Origin: Phaeosaccion multiseriatum
Lineage: Eukaryota > Protista > Ochrophyta, other classes
Reading direction: 5' to 3'
Length of the DNA stretch: 64,000 nucleotides
NCBI GenBank assembly: GCA_965112735.1
Contig: OZ218959.1
Span: 3,162,001-3,226,000 of the forward strand
Shown here: in pieces, positions 36,801 through 48,247 of the stretch
Numbering within the stretch: position 1 is the first letter of the stretch
Layout: each line of letters starts with the position of its first letter
Program-made: the position numbers and the translations under genes
The notes under the pieces: generated by a model
Seen by the model: the letters and a program-made list of their open reading frames with translations, nothing else
Database searches by the model: none
Told to the model about the DNA's origin: nothing

Positions 36801-39202
36801 TGACTCTCTCGAGGACTTGTGTAACGGATGTAACGGCCTCGAGGTGCGGAGGGAGCCGAGGGGCGGGCGAAGGGGTGGTGGGGGGTGGGACGGAGAGAAA
36901 GAGGGGGGAGGGCTCTCGTGGTTGTGCTGTACGATGCAATGCTGTGCTACGCTGTGCTCTTCTCTCCATCTCCCCTCTTATCTCCCTCTCCCTCTCTCTA
37001 CCCCCCCCCCTCTCTCTCGTCTTTCAGCGGCTAAACCTGTCAGGGTGCCCGGGCATCACTGACCGTGGCGTGCAGCACATCGCTGGGCACTTGTCCGTCC
37101 TCAAGGAGCTCTCTCTGCAAGGCACCAGTGTGACACAGCACGGACTTGATGCCCTTGCCAAGGGCTGCACAGAGCTGCAGAGGTGACCAGAATGGGGGGG
37201 TGGGGCATTCAGCCGGGTAGGGGGGGGAGGGGGGGGAGGGGGGGGAGGCGTTGCGTCGCTTTGGTCGTACCATTGGAGGGGGGCGTCATGGTGTGGCAAG
37301 GTGTGCACTGGCTGCACTGTTTGTTGCGTTTGTACGCGTAGGCCTCACATCACTCACGGCTTTACTCACTCACTCACTCACTCACTCACTCACTCACTCA
37401 CTCACTCACTCACTCACTACTCACGCATTCACTCATCTTACTCACCTAGCTCGCCCTTAACAAGGCTTCACTCACTCACTCACCCACTCACTCACTCACT
37501 CACTCACTCCATCTTGCTCACCTAACTCACCCTTATCTTTCACACGTCTTACCCTGCCCGCTGCTCTACCTCTTCCCACTACTACCTTCTACCCCCACCC
37601 CTCCACTCTCTTCCTACCTCATCCTCCCACCCTCCACCCTCTCCCCCCCACTGCCACCCACCTCACCCTCCTTGCACCCACACACAGAATCACTCTCCCT
37701 AAGGCGGGTGTGGGTATGGGCGGCGCTGGCATCGCGAGCCTGGTGCAAATGTCCAACCTTGTGTCCCTCACTCTCGACGGCTGCCTTGGAACAGAGGTTA
37801 CACCGGCTGCCATCTCGTCCCTGGCCAGGTCAGTTGCTGTGGTCAGTGGCTGTGGTCAGTGGCTGTGGTCAGTGGCTGTGGATGATCCATGGAGTTGGTA
37901 GGAGCAAGACAACACGCACGCGCACGCACACACGCACGCACGCACGCACTCACGCACACATCACACACACACACACACGCATGTACACACTCACACATGA
38001 ACACACTCACACACTCACACATGCACACACACGTATATACGTACATGCATATTCATTCATAAACTGTTCCATTACTCTGAATGTAACCTCCACTATCCCC
38101 ACCCCCCTCCCTCTCTATCTTTATCTACCCGCTCCTCGCTGATCAGGCTGACGAAGCTCGTGTCACTGAGCCTGGCGGGTGTGTCGGCAGTCACCGCAGC
38201 TGCTCTCAAGGACATTTGCTCAGGCTGCACAAGCCTGGAGAGTATCAACTTGAATGAGTGCCGCAATTGCGACGACTTTACGGCCCTTGCCCAGCTGGGC
38301 TCCCTCAAGGAGATCGCGGCCACTCGCACGCAGGTAAGGATGGGGGGGGGGGGGGAGGGAGGGAGAGAGGGGACGGGGGAGGGAGGGAGGGAGGGAGGGA
38401 AAGAGAGAGAAGGGGGGAGGGTGGGAGGGAGGGAGGGAGGGAGGGAGGGAGGGAGGGAGGGAGGGAGGGTGGGAAAGGGAGCGAGGATGGATCGCTCTTC
38501 TGCTCCATATCACCAACTGCTGCTGCATCACCAGCTGCTGTATCACCAACTGCTGCTGTGTCGTCAACTGCAGGTGAACGATGAAAGCTTGGCGGCCTTC
38601 CGAAGCCTGCCCTTCCTCCACACGCTCACCCTCCGCGGCTGCAGCATCAGCAGCGCCGGCCTGGACGAGTGCGGGAAGATGAGGTGCGTGGTGGGTGTGC
38701 TGCTGCTGTTGGTCGTCATCTGCTTGTGCCAGTCGCCAGTTGGTGCCCCCTTTCTGTGTGGTGAATGAGCTGTCCCTCTCCTCCTGCCCCTGGCCTCTCT
38801 TTACTGACTGAGCGTCTCGTCTAAGTGACGAGTGGCACAAAGGAGTCTTCGCAAGTATTCTGCGAGGCGTGTCCCTCTCCCGTTTTGACTGCGCTCTCCG
38901 TCTCTCTCTCTCTCTTCGTGTGTCTCTCTCTCACTCCCTCTCTCTTTATCCCTATCTCTCCCCCTTTCTCCCTTCCTCTCTTCTCTGACGGATGCCGTTG
39001 AGGCCTTATCCTCTGCCCACCTTCCTTATCTTCCTGTTCCTCTGTTGATTGACTGCATCATGCGCTGCCGCTGTGCTGTGCCGTGACTGGCTGCAGCTCT
39101 CTGAAGATGCTGAATCTGAGCTCCACCATTGTGGCGCAGGAGGGCAATGGGGCAGCGGTGGAGGCCCTGCGGCAGGGGGGAAGGGTCGTGATTCGCACCT
39201 GA
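31605..39202 (+). CDS. UBA-UBX-leucine-rich-repeat protein (multi-exon)
   Basis: UBA: MDAQILALVEAGFDADAAKAALTST/GGNVEAAGNILL. Coiled coil. UBX: CKVQ/VRLHTG..TAPLTAV..YP..K/VY..TTLLAAGLSPRGQL. Acidic and Gly-rich linker, then many Cys-containing LRRs (LTELDLSGCEQLTDAG, RLNLSGCPGITDRGV, LESINLNECRN). Stop TGA at 39200-39202. Confidence 0.85.
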
Positions 39203-39208
39203 GCGAGA

Positions 39209-39427
39209 AGCACCGATATCTGGTCTAGAGCACCGATATCTGGTCTAGAGCATCGGTATCTGGTCTAGAACATCGATATGTGAGCAGGAGCAGCCTCATC
39301 ATCATCATCATCATGAGGTTGTCTTGAGTGGTCTCAATTGAGTGGTCTCAAGTGGTCTAGAGCACCGATATCTGGTCTAGAGCACCGATATCTGGTCTAG
39401 AACATCGATATGTGAGCAGGAGCAGCA
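39209..39427. repeat. 20-bp tandem repeat AGCACCGATATCTGGTCTAG in two blocks
   Basis: Three units plus the tail aacatcgatatgtgagcaggagcagc, then two units plus the same tail. Confidence 0.85.
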
Positions 39428-39892
39428 CCATCATCATCGTCTCATCGTCTCAAGAGGTGGCCCATTTGTGTGCAAGGCTGGAGCTTTTTGAGGCCCAGGG
39501 GCAGGCCGGTCTTATGTCTGTCTCAAGTCTGGAGTATCGAGGGACAGGGCGGAAGGAGATGTCAGGCAAACAGGCAGAGGCTTGCTTGAGGAACATCGAG
39601 GGGGAGGGGGAGGGGCAGGCCGTGAGGGAGGTGGACAGCCCAGCAGGAAGAGGCAGGCAGGAAGCAGCAATTGCAGCAGGCACGTGGCGGGCAGGAGAAG
39701 TTGTGCGATGGTACCCTTTGTGAGCATCGAGGCATAAGAGCAGGCGTGTGGAGGAGAGATGCACACAGGCGGGCACACGGGGCAGGCAGATGGGGGAGCG
39801 GGGGGAGGGGGACATGACCGCCGGAGACGATTTGGGGTGAAGAAGGAAAAAAACAAAGAAATACTTGAACAGGATGTTTTGATAATAATTAA

Positions 39893-40473
39893 CACTCGAT
39901 TTGCGTAAAAATCGCCCAAATCGCCCGATTTCTGGCCCAAAACGGTTTTAGCGCATTTGCAGGAAAATGACGCTGGGAGGAGCGCTATAGCTCTTCGTGT
40001 AGCTCTTTGAGATCCCCACCGATCCATGGTCTTTCGGCTTTCATCGCCTCTTCCCTTCCGTAGTTGTCAGCATTTCCGCAGCAGCACCCCCTTCCCGGGG
40101 GGGGGGGGGGGAAAGGGGGATATGCACGCCACGGAAATCGCTCATGGGCAGCTTGCCCGCCCTTCTGCAAGAGAACAGGCGCAGCGCTACGGCGGCTAGC
40201 CACAGTGGAGCAGCAGCAGGACCCTTGGCAAGCCTGGTGCGATTTCCGTGGCGTGCACATCCCCCGTCCCCCCCCCGCCGGGAAGGGGGTGCTGCTGCGG
40301 AAATGCTGATAACTACGGAAGGGAAGAGGCGATGAAAGCCGAAAGACCATGGATCGGTGGGGATCTCAAAGAGCTACACGAAGAGCTATAGCGCTCCTCC
40401 CAGCGTCATTTTCCTGCAAATGCGCTAAAACCGTTTTGGTCGAAATTTGGGCGATTTTTACGCAAATCGAGTG
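39893..40473. mobile_element. 581-bp fold-back MITE flanked by TTAA (piggyBac-type target site)
   Basis: TTAA|CACTCGATTTGCGTAAAAATCGCCCAAAT ... ATTTGGGCGATTTTTACGCAAATCGAGTG|TTAA. Arms are reverse-complementary over ~250 bp, with a short unpaired centre at ~40160-40225. No convincing ORF. Confidence 0.85.
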
Positions 40474-40754
40474 TTAAAAAAAATTTAAAATTAAAATGAA
40501 TTAAAATGGCTGGTGGCCACCCCACCCACAACGCCCCGGATGCAGCGATTGGCCACCGGTACATGGCAAGTTGCAAGCATGGGGGCTACCAACGACTGCG
40601 CCTGCAGGTCCGTCAGTAGGGTCAGACATGTGCCCACTACATTACCTTCGTCACCGGATCCAGAGCTGGAGTCATGCCTCTCGCGACACAAAAGCAAGGG
40701 CCAAGTGCTGATTGACTGTCGATTCCCCCCGGGTGAATTTCTGCAGGCACCTCC

Positions 40755-41023
40755 AGCCAGAGGGAATTTCAAGTGCTTTCCCATCTCTATCTCCTTCACA
40801 CAGCAAGGAAGGACCGTGTGCTGATTGAACTCCGATAACACGCCGAATCTGACCTTCTTCCGCGAGGCAGGCAGGTCCAGAGGGAGAGGCTAAAGGGCTT
40901 TGCCATCTCCACCTCCTCCACACCACAAGGAAGGACCCAGTGCTGATGAAATGCGTAGCCGAATCTTGTCTTCTTCAGCGGGGCAGGCAGCTCCAGAGGG
41001 CGATTGACTCTACCCACCATCAC
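40755..41023 (-). pseudogene. Out-of-frame degenerate FNIP repeats downstream of the FNIP ORF stop
   Basis: NRPLELPAPLKKTRFGYAFHQHWVLPCGVEEVEM.. and FNQHTVLPCCVKEIEMGKH in shifting frames. Confidence 0.75.
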
Positions 41024-42947
41024 CTAATCCTCCCCCCATACTCCTCCACGCCGCAAGGAAGGACCACGTGCTGATTGAATCGAGAACCAAATCTAATCTT
41101 CCTCACAGAGGCAGGGACGTCCAGAGGGAGGTTGAAGTCCGACCCCATGTCCACCTCCTCCACACCACAGGGAAGGACCACGTGCTGATTGAAGTGGTAA
41201 CCAAATGTGATCTTCTTTAGCGAGGCAGGCAGGTCCAGAGGGAGGTTAAAGCACCCCCCCATGTCCACCTCCTCCACACCACAGGGAAGGACCACGTGCT
41301 GATTGAAGCTCCATCCAAATGTAATCTTCTTCAGCGAGGCAGGGAGGTCCAGAGGGAGGTTGAAGTCCGACCCCATGTACACCTCCTCCACACCACAAGG
41401 AAGGACCACGTGCTGATTGAATCCCTTACTGAATTTGATCTTCTTCAGCGAGGCAGGTAGGTCCAGAGGGAGGTTAAACTGATACCCCATGTCCACCTCC
41501 TCCAGACCACAGGGAAGGACCAGCTGCTGATTGAAGCTAGGACCAAATTTGATCTTCCTCACAGAGGCAGGGACGTCCAGAGGGAGGTTAAAGTCCGACC
41601 CCATGTCCACCTCCTCCACACCACAGGGAAGGACCACGTGCTGATTGAACCGATCACCGAATTTGATCTTCTTCAGAGAGGCAGGCAGGTCCAGAGGGAG
41701 GTTAAAGGCATACCCCACGTGCACCTCCTCCACACCACAAGGAAGGACCAGCTGCTGATTGAAGCTCCATCCAAATTTGATCTTCCTCACAGAGGCAGGG
41801 ACGTCCAGAGGGAGGTTAAAACAGTCAAAACCCATGTCCACCTCCTCCACACCACAGGGAAGGACCACGTGCTGATTGAATTCAGTACTGAAGTTGATCT
41901 TCTTCAGCGAGGCAGGCAGGTCCAGAGGAAGGTTAAAGTCATTCCCCATGTGCACCTCTTCCACACCGTCAGGAAGGACCACATGCCGATTGAATCGATG
42001 CCCAAATGTGATCTTCCTCACAGAGGCAGGGACGTCCAGAGGGAGGTTAAAGTGCACACCCATGTCCACCTCCTCCACACCACAGGGAAGGACCACGTGC
42101 TGATTGAATCCCTTACTGAATTTGATCTTCTTCAGCGAGGCAGGTAGGTCCAGAGGGAGGTTAAACTGATACCCCATGTCCACCTCCTCCAGACCACAGG
42201 GAAGGACCACGTGCTGACGGAACAACCATCCGAATGTGATCTTCTTTAGCGAGGCAGGCAGGTCCAGAGGGAGGTTAAATTCATACCCCATGTCCACCTC
42301 CTCCACACCGCATGGGAGGACCACGTGCTGACTAAAGCTGGTGCCGAATCTGATCTTCTTTAGCGAGGCAGGCAGGTTCAGAGAGGCGTTAAAGTCATGC
42401 CCCATGTCCACCTCCTCCACACCACAGGGAAGGACCACGTGCTGATTGAACTTGGAGTACTCAGCAAACTTGATCTTCTTTAGCGAGGCAGGCAGGTCCA
42501 GAGGGAGGTTAAAGTCCCTCCCCATCTGCACCTCCTCCACAACACAGGGAAGGACCAGGTGCTGATTAAAGATTGACTCCCGGTGAAAATGTATTTTCTT
42601 CAGCGAGGCCGGCAGCTCCAGAGGGTAGTTGAACCTTCGCCCTACAAACACCTCCTCGACTGTGCTTGGCAGAGACACGTCGGCCTGATTGAAATTGTCG
42701 GAGAAGACTACGCGCTTGATTGATGGTGGTAACAGCGCCAGTACTTTCGCAACGAGAGCCCCGTCCGCAGAAATCATGGCGTCTGGATCTCCGTGGGTCC
42801 CGATGCTAAGCTTTACAGCCACGATGCGGAAGAAGCCTCCCTCCCGCTTGCGCTGTCTCTTCGCATGCTGTACATGTTGCTCTTCCTGCGTTGCCTTGCT
42901 CCTCCATGGCCCTCGCCCGCCCTCCGCAGGACCTCGTTCGTCACAGA

Positions 42948-43002
<55 letters not shown>

Positions 43003-43335
43003 TTCACCACCACCACCACCACCAGCAGCAGTACCGGCGGCAGTCTGTACAGGAGAAGAAATAACGCTGCTCCTCTCCTCCTTTTCCCGCTGCCGCTTCA
43101 GCGCACTCAGCACACGTTGCTGGACATTCTGGGGCATGCGGGCACTGACCACCAGAGTGCGGGAGGTAACCTCATCGACCCCCTTGCTCACTCCCCAAAG
43201 AGCCCTGTCTGATATATGGTCGGCCACCGCCCTCAAGGCCGCTGTCCCAGCGCTTTTCTCTGTCCCAGCGCTTTTCTCTTCACGAGCGTGTCCTTCCTCG
43301 ATCAAGCCCGCTTTCCAGCCTTCGACCTGTTGCAT
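41020..43335 (-). CDS. Intronless FNIP-repeat (LRR-like) protein, 771 aa, 14 tandem 38-aa units
   Basis: Alternating 19-aa half-repeats FNQHVVLPCGVEEVDMGxx and FNLPLDLPASLKKIKFGxx with a 114-bp DNA period, matching the FNxP..LP..L..L.FG..FN pattern of FNIP repeats. N-terminus has a poly-Asp tract and a basic NLS-like HAKRQRKR. Confidence 0.88.
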
Positions 43336-43585
43336 TTTATCGATTGTCCAACGAAGTCAATCCGCTCTCCACGGACAAAAAGGTCAACAAAATTAACACC
43401 GTCTCCCCCCAATCCCCCCTCCCATCTCCCCACTCACACTCACCTTCTGGTGCCATCTCCGCAAAACTGGGACAGTGCCCCGCGACAAAGTTGGGGAATA
43501 GTACGCCAAGCTCCTTCCCTCTCCTCATTGTATCTCTCTTCCCCTCTTCCCTCCGTCCCTCTTCCTTCCCTTGCTGTGAAGTACC

Positions 43586-44350
43586 ATGTCGAGCGTCAGA
43601 AGCAAGCGTAAGAGCGCGACAACATCGACATCTTCAGCAGCAGCAAGTGCACCCCCGCCCCCTGCTCCCACCGGCTCGTCTCAGAGAGTAGCCCCCCCCG
43701 CAGTGAACACTCATGTGGGCGTATCGAGCAGGCAGGGGCGAGGATCTCCCACAACGGGGGTTCAGATGACCGCCAGGCCGAAGGGAAGCCCCACGAGTAA
43801 GGGGAAGAGTCCGCGAGGGGCACCTGCTGCTCCCTCGCTCAGAGATTTGGCCAAGGCGAAGCTGTTGAATGACATCTTGACGACGGAGACTGGGGGCGAA
43901 GGTGAGCAAAACGAGGTTTTGCTGCTACTACTACTGCTTCTACTTAGGTGCATGTGTGCGGAAAGAGGGAGTGGTATCGCTTTTGAGCTTTGCCAGGCCC
44001 TCCACACTCGCTGCTCGTGCCTGCCATTATGTTAACCCCCGCCTCCCCCTCCTCTCATGTCGACACACACCCGGCAGGCGACTGGCGAGTGCTTGTACTT
44101 GACCACCGAGCGACGAGGGTGCTGAGCAGTCTCGTGGGCATGAGCGAGGTGACGGAGAAGAACATTATGGTCATCGAAGACCTTTACATCGGCCGCCAGC
44201 CCTTCCCGGACATGGTGAGAGGAAGAAAGAGGGCGGGGAGGGACGGAAGGTCGGAGGGAGGGGAGGGATAACTGCGGTACTGAAAATTGTGCTCTTGACG
44301 ACATACACAGGACCGTCTGAAGGTGACGCTCTCTCTCTCTCTCTCTCCCT

Positions 44351-44394
<44 letters not shown>

Positions 44395-47300
44395 CCCTCT
44401 CTCTCTCTCTCTCCCTCTCTCTCTCATGTCTCTGTGTGTGGATACATTTCCATTCAGGACGCCATCTACCTCATTGAGCCAACGACGGACAGCCTACGGA
44501 AGGTCGCCAAGGACTTCAACGAACCTGGAGGGGCTCTGTATAGAAGGTAAAGGGCATATGGGCATACCTATCCATGACCAATGGCTCGCCTCCCTCGTTT
44601 ACGGCAGAGGGGGGCGGGACTGGACCTCAGTCGGCAGGACGGCTCCAACTGCAACCTCGCCCTCCCTCCCTCCCTCTTTACCTCCCTCTCTCCTTCCCTC
44701 CCTCCCTCCTTCCCTCCCTCCCTCTCTCCCTCCCTCCCTCCCTCCTTCCCTCCCTCTCTCCCTCCCTCCTTCCCTCCCTCCCTCCCTCCCTCCTTCCCTC
44801 CCTCCCTCCCTCCCTCCCTCCCTCCCTGCCCCCCTATGCCTGCCCGTATGCCTGCCCATATGCCTGCCCATAGGCATGCCCATATGCCTGCCTATATGCC
44901 TGCCCATATGCCTGTCTTCATAATGCCTATATGCCTGCCCATATGCCTGTCTTGATAATGCCCATATGCCTGCCCATATCCCCGCCCATATGCCTACCCA
45001 TATACCTGCCCTTCCTCCGCCCCCCCCCCCCTCCACCCTCTGCAGAGCGCACCTACTGTTCCTGTCGCCCATCCCGGATGAGGTCATGGCGATGGTCAAG
45101 GGCGGGGGCGGCTCCATGCCTCTCCTCGTGGCCAACCTCGCTACCTTCCGGGAGGTGAACCTGGACTTCCTCGTTACCGAGAGCCACACATTCCATTTAG
45201 ACATGGGGGAGGGGGGCAAGGGAAAGGCCGCTGCCAAGCCAAAGGTAGGGGGGTTGGTGGTTGGTGGTTGTTGTCAGCTGTGAGTTTGTGAGAGGCATCT
45301 CCGAGCCAGCGTCACAGCGGGTAGAGGGAGGAGGGAGGGACTACGGTAGAGGCCCAGTTTTCTCCTCCTCGCGCGCTCTCTCTCTCTTGCTATCCCCTCC
45401 CCGTTCTCCCCCTGTTTCACCCTCAGCTTCCCATATGCCTCTACTCTTCTCTGCCCCTATGCCACTGTTCTACACCGTCAGGGCTCGGGGCGGCCAATGC
45501 TGGAGCGTGATGCAGGCCCCAAGGTGCGTATGTATATCGTATGGCAGTCAATGGCAGAACCGGAGCAGCTGAAACTTGAAACTGTCGCTCTCTGCATTTG
45601 CATGGGACGGCTCTCTACCCCCTCACTCACTCTTCAGCGTACCCACCTACGCACCATCGTCCTAACCACGCACCCACCGACGCACCCACCCACTCACTCA
45701 CCCACCCCACCTTGCCCACTCGCCCACACCCCGTCCCCACTCCCATTCACCCACCCACCCACGCACACATCCTTGGTCCTGACACCCACCCACCCACGCA
45801 CACATCCTTGGTCCTGACACCCACCCACCCACGCACACATCCTTGGTCCTGACACCCACCCACCCTGCAGGTTTACAGCAAGCTGTACGGCGCCCCGGGC
45901 CTCTCCACGCCGGTGCTCAATCACATGGCCAGCAGCCTTGTGACTCTGTGCGGGACTCTGAAGGAGTTCCCTATTGTGCGTTATAGTGCCACAAGCCCAC
46001 ATGCCACCCTCCTCGCGGCCAACTTTCAGGTGAGGACGAGGAGGAGGAGGGAGAGGAGGAGGAGGAGGAGGAGGAGGAGGAAGAGGGGGAGGAGGAGGGG
46101 GAGGAGGAGGAGGAGGAGGAGGAGGAGGAGGAGGGAGAGGATGAGGAGTAGGAGGAGGGGGGGGAGGAAGAGGAGGAGGAGGAGGAAGAGGAGGAGGAGG
46201 AGGAGGAGGAGGAGGAGCAGGAGGAGGAGGAAGCTAATCCTGCCCCCCATGGCCCGATGGACGTATCAGTCCATTGAGACGAGTAAGGAGGCCATGGCCA
46301 GAGTGAATACATGGGCTATCAAGCGAGAGAGAGAGAGACAGAGAGAGAGCACAGAGAGAGGGGGGGAGGGAGAGGCAGAGAGAGAGGGCGAGAGCGAGAA
46401 CGAGTGCAGAGAGAGGGGGGGGAGGGAGAGGCAGAGAGAGACACACGGAGAGCGAGAAAGAGACAAAGAGAGATAAGAGAGGGAGAGAGACACACACACA
46501 CACACACACACACACAGAGGTCCAGAGACAGACAGAAGTGGCCGCCTTGAAGGAGGGATGTATGTCCGGCCAAGCCAAAGTTGACTCACTCCTCTTCCTC
46601 TTACGGGCGGCCCTGCTCTAACCACCCCCACCCTCCCCCACCCCTTCTCTCCTGCCCCTGTCCCATGCAACACCAATGCAATGCCCATATGACTGCATGA
46701 CTGCCCCAGGCGAGGATGCAGGACTTCATCTCTCAAGAGGAGGACTTTCGGCATAACGAAAAGCGCGCCACTCTGCTCCTCCTCGACAGACTCGACGACC
46801 CACTGGTAAGCAAGGAAGGGGCGTGTGTATACGTGCATGTGTGTGTTTATGTGCATGTGCGTGTGTGTACGGGTGTGTGTGCGTGTGTGTACGGGTGTGT
46901 GTGCGAAGGAAGGGGCGTGTGTATACGTGCATGTGTGTGTTTATGTGCATGTGCGTGTGTGTACGGGTGTGTGTGCGTGTGTGTACGGGTGTGTGTGCGT
47001 ACGTGCGTACGTGTTGAGTGCTGGACTGACGCCTTGGGAACGGACCCGCCCCCCCCCTCCCTCTCTCCCCCTCTCCCTCCCTCCCTCCCTCCCTACCTCC
47101 CTCCCTCCCTCGTTCCCTCCTTCCCTCCCTCCCTCCCTACCTCCCTCGTTCCCTCCCTCCCTCCCTCCTTACCTACCTCCCCGCTCCCTCCCTGTCTTCC
47201 CCCCTTCCTCCCTTCCTCCCTCCCTCCCTCCCACCTACCCACCTACCCACCTAACCACCTACCCACCTCTTTCCTGTCTGCTGCGGTAAGTCTCCCCTCA

Positions 47301-48193
47301 TGCACGATTTCACATACCAGTGTCTGGTGGAGGACATTCTGCCAGTCACAGATGGGGTCATGACCTTGGATACCACCAACTCCTCCACACCAAATGCCGG
47401 GGTGGGAGGAGCACCACCCGCGGCCGGGAAGGTACGTAGAGGGAGGAAGGAAAGGAGGGCGGGAGGGAGGGGGACAGGGTACTTACTTTTGGTAGAACAG
47501 TTTTCATTTCGTTTCAGTTGATGTGACCTTATAAAGGAAGGGGAAGCTGTGTAACTGAAACTGAAACTATCCCTGTCCGTATGCCTGTATGCCTGTATGC
47601 CTGCAGGTGATTCTCAACGACAACGATGCCCTGTGGGTGGAGTTCAGGCACAAGCATTTCGGCTACGTGCTGGACGAGCTGGTGAGGGCGAGGTGGCAGT
47701 GGATGGGGCGAGGGGTGGCAGTTTGGGGAGAGGGAGGGGAGAGGGATGGAGAGTGGGGAGGAGGGAAGGAGGGAGGGAGGGAAGGAGAGGAATGGGGTGA
47801 GTGAATGCCGGTGTACCGCTCCATGTGCGGGCCAGACTCTGACTCTCCTGCTTGCCCTGCTTGGGTATCGCACCCACAATTCGGTCGTTCCTCTCCCTCC
47901 CTCCCTCTCTCCCTCCCTCCCTCTCTCCCTCCCTCCCTTCCTCACCTCCACGCACACCAGGGTCAGCGCTTCAGGTCTCTCCTCTCTGATCACAAGTCAG
48001 CGGCCGCTCTTGCGCAGGGGCAGGGGAGGAGTCTCAGTGTCAAGGAAATGGCCCAGGGCACACGGGACTTGCCCGAGTTTCAGGTCAGCCGAAACATAGG
48101 AAACATAAACAGCGTGTTGGTTATGCATCCACCCCGTGACAGGTCTACCCTCCGTCTTCTCTCTGTCTCTGTCTTTCTCTTTCTCTCTTTCTA

Positions 48194-48247
<54 letters not shown>

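Noticed and set aside
39209-39427. 20-bp repeats as a CRISPR-like array
   Set aside because: Units are head-to-tail with no unique spacers; this is a simple 3'-flanking tandem duplication.
41042-42700. FNIP array as a CRISPR array or a diversity-generating retroelement target
   Set aside because: It is an in-frame coding repeat with only 6-15 nt variable windows. There is no cas or reverse transcriptase gene, no separate template repeat, and the variation is not adenine-specific.
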